Shown here: positions 1 through 10,856 of the stretch, in pieces
Layout of the letters: each line of letters begins with the position of its first letter
How positions within the stretch are numbered: position 1 is the first letter of the stretch
Origin: Nemertoderma westbladi
Taxonomy: Eukaryota > Animalia > Xenacoelomorpha
Direction: 5' to 3'
Length of the DNA: 64,000 nucleotides
Assembly: GCA_032718475.1 (NCBI GenBank)
Contig: JAUCBJ010004524.1
Span: 1 to 64,000, forward strand
Program-made: the position numbers and the translations under genes
The notes under the pieces: model-generated
Seen by the model: the letters and a program-made list of their open reading frames with translations, nothing else
Databases searched by the model: none
Told to the model about the DNA's origin: nothing

Positions 1-56
1 ACCGTTATTCGTGTTATCAGTATTTGCAACATCTGACATTGAAGAGGTGAGAGAAG

Positions 57-390
57 ATGAATACCGGCACTCAACAAAACCAACGCTTATCACAGGTCGG
101 TATGGTTACCTCGAAACCGGCGCGACTGTCCACTCGAATACAACTTCAAAACACAAACGCCAACAATAAACTGAAAGCGAATCGAACGTCTTCAGAAGAA
201 TCTGTCATAGGGACGAAGAAAAGGAAGCCGAAACCACGGGAATGGACCACAGCTAAGATTGAATGCTCCCATTGTCAGAGTTCCTGGACCGAAATTGAAA
301 CACCAATTGCCGATGGGCTTGATCTCTCAAACCAAAACTTCCTCTGCGGGGTTTGCGCGGCAGTAAAGATTGAAAGTCTGGAAGCTGGCA
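57..390 (+). mobile_element. Probable 5' fragment of a CR1/L2-type LINE ORF1 (PHD-like zinc finger)
   Basis: A basic N-terminus is followed by CxxC..W....FLCxxC (CSHCQSSW...NFLCGVC) and the start of a coiled coil (KIESLE). Coding character is lost after about 390. Confidence 0.4.
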
Positions 391-984
391 TCCCTAGGTA
401 TTATTATTATAAAGAGCGTCAGCCTGCGTTTAATAAATATATTTTAATACAAAACAGGTCGAACGCAAAGAGGCTTATAATGAAGACGAGTACTGCATTG
501 ATTATATTCCTATAAACCACCTGGCTTTGCATATTGAACGTGCGTTTGGAAATAAGTTCGTGCTACCCTTCCGTGGGTGGTAGATGTCGCGGTTATGTAT
601 TGGTGGGTGGGGGGAGGGGGGGGGGGGGGTGCAGATTAAAAGGGGTGAACACGTACTGTCCCCCTTTCTTTGAATCATTGGTGATGTGGGTTAATCTCTC
701 ATAACCTGATTTTGTGATACAGTCGCACAATTTTAATTTGTATCTCATAACTGGGCCTCGTGCTGCGCGAAGGCCCCACGAACGTGTTCCTTGACGAAAA
801 CTTAAATACGCCACTGTTCAATCATTACAAGTAAACGATAACTAACAATAAAATATACCGGCTAAATGAGAATTAAAGAAACAGAAATTGCATTAAGATA
901 GATTAATGTTTTGAGAAAAATACTAGTCACAGACTTAGACGGCCCGATAAGGAACCGACCTTTTATTTCCATAAAAAAACAGTC

Positions 985-1150
985 AACTAGTTGCGGTTGT
1001 GAATTTGATTTCCTGGTTACAAATCTGAATTTCTGGTTACAAATCTGAGAATCCTGTAACAAATTGGAGTTCCTGGTTATAAATCTGAGCGCCTGGTTAC
1101 GAATTGACGTTCCCAGTTACGAATTTTAGTACCTGATTACAAATCAGGTT
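985..1150. repeat. Degenerate ~21-bp tandem repeat
   Basis: Recurrent cctggttacaaatctga-like unit, about 7 copies. Confidence 0.7.
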
Positions 1151-1614
1151 TACCGACGCTTTAAATAGTGTTAATTCTTTCAATAATTATAGTACTGAGT
1201 GTTAGACATACATAGTGTGGTCAGTAGTAGTAGTGGTGGGGAAACAAAACACATCCCAATGATTTTAATACAATACTACACATTACTCTAGTACACTCAT
1301 CTACAATCATGTACTCAACTGATCTCTTTCCATACCATGACAGATACAATCTTTATCATTATGAATTTTGGTAGAATGATTCTTTACATATATTGTTCTA
1401 GTTACACAAATGTGTTTGTAGCCAACCTACTATGCTACTAATCATGTGTGTACGGTGGGATTCACGGAAAAATTTATAATTATCCGTCATCCCCCTGTGT
1501 AGTAATTATAACTTTATGGTGTTAACCTCAAATCGTTCAATTTTTTATTCGCATTACTGTGTTGTTCAACGTCTTTGATAGATTCATTCCCTAGTATATA
1601 TTTAATAATAGTAA

Positions 1615-1828
1615 TTGTGGGGCGAGTCAAAACTGAGAGCCATCCACGAACTGTTATAATTATACTATGACCGTTTTCTAAAACGGTGTGTGTGTGTGTG
1701 TGTCGGAAGCCAATATACAGTATAACTAGCCATAGTATAATTATAATTGTTCGCTTAGATGGGTTGCAGCCCCACTAAGGTTGCAGCCCCACAAAGGCCC
1801 CACTACTCGTGTTATTATAACAAACAGA
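1615..1828 (+). mobile_element. Short Helentron/DINE-like non-autonomous element (HINE)
   Basis: It starts ttgtggggcgag like the element at 4751, has an internal (GT)n, and ends aaggccccac plus a small palindrome. The same 3' motif (gtgctgcgcgaaggccccac) occurs at about 760 and about 5673. Confidence 0.5.
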
Positions 1829-2699
1829 ACTACTGAACAATTAAAACATTTTGCTTCTAATGTACGTATCATTGATTGTGTGATATAACATACAGCTATT
1901 ATTATGCTATGAAGTTATTCTGTGTTGGCAGTTATTGATCCTGTAATGACATAATGTACCAACACAGTGATGTACAAGCGTATGAACTTACTTTGTGAGC
2001 TAAGGAACTTAATTAATTAACTACACATGATGACAACAATATAATAAAAAACATTTGCCGTCAAATTCGGTTATGTCGAATATTAAGTGAGGGAGAACAA
2101 TAATAAGTTCTAAAAGCATCCGGTAATTTCTTTCGCTTGCATATAATATAAAGGGTAGCCTTGTGAATAAAATGTAGATTTCCTTTTCGCGTTTTTCATC
2201 TCATTAATTCCTCATTGCAGTTGTACTTACATTACATCAAATTTTAAAACTCGGGATTTGACTTACAACTGTGTATGTGGTATGTCTGGTGCACAGCCAG
2301 ACAACTGTAGCCTGTAGGCTGAGGTGGAAAGCGGATGTTGGAACAACACAACCGATCCATATAATGTCAGAATGGAAAGACTAGATACAGTATGTATATA
2401 GGCCTGTGCCATTCACTGTAAAGGGGATAATGAAAGTCATATCACCTATGTACAGTATATGAATCCATACCAACCCCCCCCCCCCCCCCCCCCCCCCGCA
2501 TCAGACAATTCCTCAAACCTAACAATAGGTTTTGTTTGTTATGAGAGTGCTACATCGTATTACACCTTACATTCAGTTTCAAATTCCAGTGTTGGAACTG
2601 GTTTCGGTTGGGTTTCGAGTTCAACGGCTGCTGCCACTTTGGCTCGAATTATGAACTAATTATTACTAACTAAATTATGAATAATGAACTGGTACACGC

Positions 2700-4600
2700 A
2701 ATCATAAGTTGCTCCTGCCGTGTGTGGTGTGTTAGGCAACTCAAGTAAACCTTTGAGGAATTCCTCTGAATTTATATCCGAAGATGGCATTTTTACTAGG
2801 GGTGAACGGGATATCCGATCCGGCCGGATATCCGGCGTATTTTGGACAAAATCTGCTATCCGATAATCCGGCTGGATAGTTAATTCAATGTTTTGTATAA
2901 CTTTTATTATTAATCATCACTTTTTCTTTTAATAATTTTGATTTAATAAAAATAATAATAAATAATAAAAATTAATTTAATTTAATACATTTTCTGTAAG
3001 AGTCAAAAAGGGTATCTGAATTATATATTTTTTTATATATTATACTATTAAGATTAACACAAATCAACCAACATATAATAACTCAACTTAAATCAAGATA
3101 TCATATCAACTCGAACTCTTATCAATTCTAATTTATTTCAAACTTTGTCAAGTTATGGTAAATAAAGAGGACCTCTTCCCCCCTCTCGGGTAGAAGACGA
3201 CTCCTCTTCTCATCTAGAATGTCTTCGAACTTGGAGAACATTGCATCCTAGAAGATACTTGAATCCTGAAGTTAGGTGGTGCCAATCGCAATCCTAATGT
3301 ATCACTGTACCCAGTACTTTACGAAAATTTTAAAACCAAAGCTGCTCCTAGGTGCAAACAGATATCGCAATACAGCTATAATCAATTAAACTCTGGTGAC
3401 AAGGCAAAAAGGTTCTATAAATAAGTCAATAAGTACAACCTGGAAAATACGGCCGAATATCCGGCAAAATTCGTACCGGATGCAAGATGTGCTATCCGGT
3501 ACACCCATAATTTTTACCAATAAAGTTTTAATGAGTTTTACATTGCATTCGCGTGTCCGTTACTAGACAGAAAATGCAGCATGTTAAATGCCCATTCAAC
3601 ACCCTAACGTTCCAGAAATTTCTAGAAATTAGGGGTGGCCAATTGACGTCCTCCATCACTTCGGAGTTTAGTTGGAATGGCTGAAGTCAATGAAACATTT
3701 TTGTATTCGCTGATGAGATGACTTGCATTGATGTTGGTTCAATACACAATTATAGTTGATTCATTACACCATTGACCAACGAGTGGGTAGCCAGGTAATA
3801 ATCTGTTTAGACAATGTAGTGTCCACCACCGAATGAGAACAGGTCTGTCGATATATGCTCGAAGGGTCTCGTTGGCTGTACGTCGGTGAACAACATCTCC
3901 TTTGGTAGACTCGGTAGTTATTCTTGACATTGCTGAACGAATTGGACTATGCCATTGTTTATCCCCGGTCAATAGATAGCAGACGGCGCTCATTGTTTCG
4001 CCTGTGTCATACCGTGGTGGGAGGGGTGTAGCTATAATTTTAAAACTTTCTAATGCGGCCAAATATAACTGGCATTTATTCATTGCATTTTTTATAGCAA
4101 TAGCTTCTCTTGTAGAGTACCAGGTTTCAGCGTCCGATATAAAACGACTTCCACAAGCAATAAGTTTCCATCTATTGTTGTAATTTTGTAGTAAATCAAA
4201 ACCAAATCCATGCAATCGACCTACGTTGACTTCTAATCATGTTTCTACATGAGGATTGAAGGGTTGGAGTTCTCAGTAGTGCGGATTTAACTGCTTCAAA
4301 TGCATTATCATGGATTATTGTAAATGTAAAATGGTTGCGAGTTCGCAATAACTCATGCAAATGTAACTAAGTGGCAGTAGCACTGACGACTGCCACTACC
4401 AACTATCCGGATTTGACGATTCGGACGCATTTGTGAAATCCCAGTTGATATATGAGTCCCATAATACTTATAAGTTCGCTTTATGTTAGTTAGTTTGGGA
4501 AACTTATGTATAGCATTGACTTGGTCAGGGTCTGTCTCGATACTGTTTTGAGAAATGATGTATCTTGCAAACTTTACCCATTCCTGAGTAAATTTTGAAC
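2700..4600 (-). mobile_element. Decayed Gypsy/Ty3 LTR-retrotransposon pol (RT end, RNase H, integrase)
   Basis: Minus-strand fragments read IETDPDQVNAIHKFPKLTNIK, GFGFDLLQ..WKLIACGSRFISDAETWYS (RNase H), IY*PGINNGIVQFVQQCQE (integrase Zn finger), PTRPFEHISTDLFSFGG, LRSDGGRQ..F*KFL..*GV..SNGHA and GLLELPNTP. There are many stops and frameshifts. It is interrupted by the hAT element at 2797-3509. Confidence 0.85.
2797..3509 (-). mobile_element. hAT-family internal-deletion derivative (MITE-like)
   Basis: Termini are TAGGGGTG...CACCCATA, with a perfect 8-bp TSD ATTTTTAC (2789-2796 and 3510-3517) and subterminal ATCCGG repeats. An internal minus-strand remnant FSKFEDILDEKRSRLLPE (about 3180-3240) resembles the hAT C-terminal dimerisation domain. 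Confidence 0.88.
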
Positions 4601-4750
4601 TTTCCAGGATGGAGGGTGATGCCATATTCGCTGTAGCATTGTAGGACCATCGAACACCGGTACTACCTATATACTTATCAAGATTTGTGCTATAGGTTAA
4701 TTTAGTGCCAATAATAGATTGAGAATAATAATCAAATACTTCAGCTCTGT

Positions 4751-5712
4751 TTGTGGGGCGAGCCACGAAGTTGGCGGAGCCTTAGCGAATTGACACTGTT
4801 AGGGGGTGGGTCAATTTATGCAAATAGTTGTCGTCGTCGTCGTCGTCGTTGTCGTCGTCGTTACGATTTTGACATGCTAATAACTTTGTCGGATTTAAAG
4901 CTGCCAAGTTGAAAATTTGTAGGTATCAATATGAGCAAAAGTTGAGATTTTTGAGAGACTTTCAGACACCATCAGTGCAATGGTCTCCCGCTAGAGGGCC
5001 ACATGTCTAAACATTAAATGGCCACCCATTTCTTTGCTTTTAATCCGTTTAAGCTGAAACTTGGGAAGTATGTACTAGACCATTAGCTGTAAATTTCAAA
5101 GGAGGCTAATCTGTCTGCAGTTCTCCAGTCTGCCGCTAGAGGGCGAAATGTCCCGAATGTGAAATTATTCTTCCATTTAGTTGTTTATGATCTGATTACG
5201 CTGAAACTTGTCATATATGTACTAGAAGACATCCTAAGTCTTTGTGTGGACAGTAATCGGTCCGGAGTTTTCGAGTCTGCCGCTAGAGGGCGAAATGTAG
5301 GAAAGTGATAACCTTCGCAAATTCCTTGATCTTAATCTATTTAAGCTGAATTTTGGAATATACAGTACCGGTATGTACTAGACCACATGCCTCGTCTTTG
5401 TGAGGAAGGTGATTGATCCATAGTTCTTTAATATGCCGCTAGAGGGCTAAATGTATGAAAGTGAAAACCTTCCAACATTTCGTTATTTATGATCCGTCAA
5501 TCGGAAACTTGGTAGATATGTAATAGACCATAGGCTGTGGCTTTGTAGGGAAACTAATCCTTCCTTCTTCAGTTACCCAGTCTCCCGCTAGAGGGTTAAC
5601 GTTTTCCGGGAAAATCTTCTCCTATGTTTTTATAATCCTTTCGAGTTGATACTTAGCATTAACTCATTTCACGTGCTGCGCGAAGGCCCCACTTCGTGTC
5701 TGATAGACTAAC
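4751..5712 (+). mobile_element. Helentron/DINE-like non-autonomous element with five ~150-bp internal tandem units
   Basis: It has a 5' gtggggc and 3' gccccac subterminal inverted pair, a (GTC)n microsatellite at about 4830-4860, and a terminal palindrome gtct-gat-agac. Each unit contains CCGCTAGAGGG (4988, 5133, 5280, 5436, 5585). Confidence 0.65.
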
Positions 5713-6575
5713 AGTAGTGTGTGTGGGATATTACTTAAAGCTGTGTGTTTGTCTTATTTGTGTCATTGATTCTTTTTTAACCTTGAACAATCTTTATTAA
5801 TTTAATACGGCAAACAGGGCATACATACAGTTATTGCACAAGGAAAATACATCTATAAATATTATGCTGCAGGTTTATGCCTGCCTTGCCTATGCTCTCT
5901 CTCCTGTGATGTATAAAACGTCCGAGATACAAAAGAAGTATATGATATTATTTATGGTTGACTTTGATTTTAAGTAACATAACACAATAAGAACAGAGGC
6001 AACACAATTATAGGTTTGTAAATTTGTTACATAAAAAGGTGCAACCCGCTATTTACTTATAAAACCAGCCAGGCAGCCTAATGAAGCGGTCTAGACAGGG
6101 AGCTAATTAATTGCCTATGGATAATGTTAGAAAGGATTTTTTGGACAGTAAGATATTATTACTAAGAGTCGGGGACAAACCGAACGAATTTATACCTAAG
6201 AATTATTTGAGTTGTTGATAAGAAGGACACTCACTGTGTACAATCTTGAAGATGGGGCCTAAACAAAACATATCAGCACTTAATCAAAGTGCTACAATTC
6301 ATACATAGACATGACAATGTTAACTTAAATCTAAGAAACGTAAGAAACAGCACAGATTTAATGCCGGGAACCGATTTGTTCCGTTCCATTTAGCCAGAGT
6401 TGAGAGGAAGAATTCTAATAATTAAATAATAAAGTTTTATAATAAAGTTATTTATGGGTTTTGAATGTTGAGTGATTTGAGCTGTTTCGCAGTGTATGAA
6501 TTATTAAGGTTCTTAAACGATAAAACAAAGGAAGGACTGTCAGCCACAGGTATGAAAAAATAGGTAATTAGGCCT

Positions 6576-6616
6576 AGCAGACGTTTCGGAAGCCAATGGC
6601 TATCTTTATCAATGCT
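6576..6616 (-). ncRNA. Minimal type I hammerhead ribozyme (U3-A8 variant), Penelope-associated
   Basis: The minus strand reads AGCA-UUGAUAA-AGAUAGCC-AUU-GGCUUCC-GAAA-CGUC-UGCU. Stem I is AGCA/UGCU, stem II is built on AGCC/GGCU, and stem III is the palindromic ACGU with a GUC cleavage triplet. It is on the same strand as, and downstream of, the PLE ORF. Confidence 0.8.
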
Positions 6617-6634
6617 TAATTTATGTATGCTACA

Positions 6635-7790
6635 GCGCACATACAACAACTACAACTCACATATACAGAATAATAATAAAGTATATACCATAAACAGTAG
6701 GCCTACACATATACAAAGCACATACAGTATAATATAAATGAATACACAGTACACGACAACTGCAACGCATATATACAGTATAATAATAAGGTATAAACAC
6801 TAAACATTACACATATACAAAGCACATACAGTATAATATAAACGCATACACCGTACACAACAACTACAACGCACATATACAGTAAAATAATAAAGAATAA
6901 ACACTAAACAGTACACATATACAACGCACATATACAGTAAAATAATAAAGAATAAACACTAAACAGTACACATATACAACGCACATATACAGTAAAATAA
7001 TAAAGAATAAACACTAAACAGTACACATATACAACGCACATATACAGTAAAATAATAAAGAATAAACACTAAACAGTACACATATACAACGCACTATACA
7101 GTAAAGTAATAAAGAATAAACAGTAAACAAATAAACGATATACAACGCCCATACAGTATAATAGTAAACAAAACAGTACACATACTACAACGCCCATATA
7201 CAGTAAAATAATAAAGAATAAACACTAAACAGTACACATATACAACGCACATATACAGTAAAATAATAAAGAATAAACACTAAACAGTACACATATACAA
7301 CGCACATATACAGTAAAATAATAAAGTAAACACTAAACAGTACACATATACAACGCACATACAGTATAATAAAGAATACACAAACAGTAAATATACGTAT
7401 ACGACGCACATACAGTATAATATAAACAGTACACAACACAGTATAATATAAATGAATACACAGTACACGACAACTGCAACGCATAAATACAGTATAATAA
7501 TAAGGTATAAACACTAAACAGTACACATATACAACGCACATATACAGTAAAATAATAAAGAATAAACACTAAACAGTACACATATACAACGCCCATATAC
7601 AGTAAAATAATAAAGAATAAACACTAAACAGTACACATATACGTATACGACGCACATACAGTATAATATAAACAGTACACAACACCTACAACGCACATAT
7701 ACAGTAAAGTAATAAAGAATAAACACTAAACAGTACACATATACAGCGTGTATGACATACAGTATAATATAGATGAATAAACAGAGGCAC
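6635..7790. repeat. ~55-bp minisatellite, about 20 units with variant subtypes
   Basis: The unit is cagtaaaataataaagaataaacactaaacagtacacatatacaacgcacatata. It fills the space between the PLE stop codon and the hammerhead. Confidence 0.95.
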
Positions 7791-7792
7791 AA

Positions 7793-10234
7793 TTAGGTAA
7801 CTGATAGAGCGTTTACGATCGCTGGAAGCCAGCAACCGGATAACATGGTACCTGAGTTCCTATTGATTGAGTCATCGTTCGGGGACGAGATGATGGTCTC
7901 TCTTCGTCCATATGTTCTAATGAACGCAGACTCAACCAATAGTCGTGCTCTGGTATTGGTAACGTGGGCCAAGGTCTTGACATCACCAAAACCAGGGTTG
8001 CAGTTACCATGGGAACCGAAAGCTGAGTTCTGGGAACTGCGCTGCCATCCCTTGCGGTGTTGTTCTACCCTGTCACTTAGCTCTTGATCGGTCTCTCCCA
8101 CATACCTACCCCCACAGGAGCACACAATGGAGTAAACAACACCAGACACTTGTTCGGGTGGAAGCAAGTGTTTGGTTTTGTTACAGAGAGACCGACCGAG
8201 GGTGTTAACGGGCTTAGATACTAAGTTAATGCCAATCTTTTTGGCTTCACGTTTAAGTACAAAGAAAAGGGGCCCAATGAAGGGTATGGAAACATAATAA
8301 AGGACGCCCTTACATGGGGGTGCTGGTAGAGCCCTAGCCTTTATAATCTCGTTTTTGCGCACTTGACTGATTGTATCTGAAATTAAATTATGCGGATAGC
8401 CGTATAACTTGAATTTACGGAGAATGAAATCTAATTCATTATAAAGTAACGACGTAGAACTGCAGTAGCGGACAGCGCGCAGAACATCAGCACGAATGGC
8501 GGCTACTTTGTATTTCGGTTCGCAAAAAGAATGACATGGCACAACTTGGTTAGTATTACAGGCCTTCCTAAACACCCTTGTAATAAAGCAATCATTACCC
8601 CTTTCAATAAGAATGTCAAGAAAAGCAATGGTTTTATTTACTTCCAACTCTACAGTAACTTGGATATTGGGGTGTTTCCTGTTTAGGCTGTCAACCCAAT
8701 TTGAAACACATTCGTGGGAACCGAAGAACGCAGCCAGGTAGTCGTCTGCGAAACGACAGATAAACCCAACCCGTCCTCCGACATCGACGGCCCTCAGTTC
8801 CAGGTCCTCCTCCCAATGGCCCATGTAATGATCAGAGGCAGGTGGAGAGTAACTTTTGCCCATAGCGAACCCGCGTTTTTGTCTATACCAGCGTTCCTCG
8901 TCACCAACCGTAACTACAATGTGAGTATTATCAGTAGACAGCCTGAGAAAATCAACGACTTGTGTTGGCGAAAGTGCTGAGACCCCCGCCAATTCATCGC
9001 TGTGAGCTTCAAGTCGCTCTTGGATAACCGGAAGAGCCTCCTCTACCGGTATGGAAGGGAACATGGCGGTGACATCTAGGGATAATAAAATGCAGGAACC
9101 AGCTAGGTGGTTGTGGTTTCTGAGGATTTCGAGAACCTCGAATGGGCTACTAATAGACATACGAGGTTTAGGGAGAATTTGAAGACATTTCGTTAAATGT
9201 AGATTCATATTACGGTCAACGCCTCGGTAGCCTGGACAAATAGGTCTCAGTTTAAGATTATCAATCCAAAACTTGCGTTCCTCCTCATTACGTGGTGGAC
9301 AATCGAATTTATGAGTTTTCACAAGGGCGTAGAACGGGGCAGCGCGACCATGGGTTAGGCGAAGCTTCCGGTACTGTAGATGTCGTTCAGGGTCAACGGA
9401 TTTTAGCCAATCATCACGTTTCCTGCCAGTTGTAGGGGGTCCTGCGAGCGCCGTTAGTAGTAAATTCCGGAAGGTTTTAACATACTTGGGAGAGGGATCT
9501 ACTGGTAGCCTCTCATAAAGATGAGGTTTTAAATCACGGGTGACAGTGTCCTCATAATCCTTTCTGTCAAGAACCACCAAGGTTCGAGCTTTATCCGCAC
9601 TAACACAAACCCGGTTGCGATCCTTAGCCAATTTATAGATTGTCGAATTAAATTCCATTTGGTCTTTGTTAATTGGAGAGGAAAGTTTAGAGAGCTTCGT
9701 CATCATCCGAGCAGCAGTATTCTGGAAATGGAGAATGGACTCACTGGTAATGTTTGGGTTAGCATTCCAGGTGGCCAACTCAACCGCCCGCTGGCATCCG
9801 ACTGTGAGATCCAGAACAGGGAACTTCTCCTTAGGTGGCAAAGAGAACTTAGGTCCATGGGCCAAAGCACGTGACTCGGCCAGACTCAAAGGGGTCTCCG
9901 ACAAGTTAATGACAGTTTGAGTGTCTGATGGTGGGTTCCAATTACCGCGACGTTGAGTAAAGGTAAGGTTTTGGTCGATGAGTAAACCGTTAAACTTCTT
10001 CTCTTTAATAGTTTGACTCCTAGTGAACTCGCGGGAGTAAGAGCGTTGAGCTTGATCTTCCAACAAATTAATAAGCTCAATGGGTACTCGTTGAGAGATA
10101 AAACCGTAAATTGAGGTTCTCCTCGCTCGAATGGTGAACACATCGGAACGGGTTTTATTACGTAAGGTACGAACACGCTCTTTAACTGCTCGTTGTAACC
10201 ATTTGACGAATTTAAAATCGTAAGACAAGTGAAC
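7793..10234 (-). mobile_element. Penelope-like retroelement ORF (reverse transcriptase + GIY-YIG endonuclease), Penelope/Poseidon-type
   Basis: An uninterrupted frame of more than 810 codons contains VINLS..L..GPKF, ADK, K.HK..LRPI, LSLDVTAMFPSIP, QKRGFAMGKSYSP, RFADD, FLD and VFRK..NT. The C-terminus has GVVYSIVCSCGGRYVGET..RVEQH..SAFGSH..ES (GIY-YIG with CCHH). There is no early ATG; the frame begins right after an AG splice acceptor. Confidence 0.96.
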
Positions 10235-10856
10235 CTAGAATTACCTTAGTGTAATAATTAAGGCATTCTACAAACTTTAATGGTTGTCGGTTTTAGTAAA
10301 AGGATGCAGCTACAAGACATTGTAACTAACTAGCCCAGATATTAAGTTATCAAAGTCCTCTGTGTTTGATTTGTTTGAATGCATAATTTATAATTTACAA
10401 CATACAACGAATGGAAAACATTCGTTTTTTCTTTTTCCTTAATAAAGGTAACTTGCCTTAGTATCGGATCATCCAACACCTCAAAATCCTTATTTTCCAA
10501 TTTTATTTCATTAAACCATCAATCTACAGATAACATACTAGCTGCAGCGTTGGTATGCCGGGCTGGTTTTGTGGTCAATGCATATGTTTCCTGATGTTCC
10601 ACTGACAGCGGAATTGATGGACTCCGTAGTGGATAGATAGTTATATGCTAATTGTTTTCTTGTAACTTTTGTTACCATTTAGCTAAATTAATGTGTGCTG
10701 GTGTGGCATTCTAAATTGTATATATGTATATAAATATTCCTCCACTAATATGTATTTTTTTATCAGTTTTTTTTATCAATTTTTAAATATAACTGTTCTA
10801 TTAAATTTCGTTTTTGTTTTGATTAGAATAACGTAAATAATCACATATATACACCA

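Noticed and set aside
2250-2382. Possible minus-strand exon bounded by ag/gtaagt
   Set aside because: No frame gives a GPCR-compatible continuation of DR, and there is no other support.
6160-6195. Possible GPCR exon 3 (R-YKFVRFVP after an AG)
   Set aside because: It hits a stop after about 10 codons, and no TM4 follows.
7185-7792. Hydrophobic Cys/Tyr/Val-rich ORFs
   Set aside because: They are translations of the 55-bp minisatellite.
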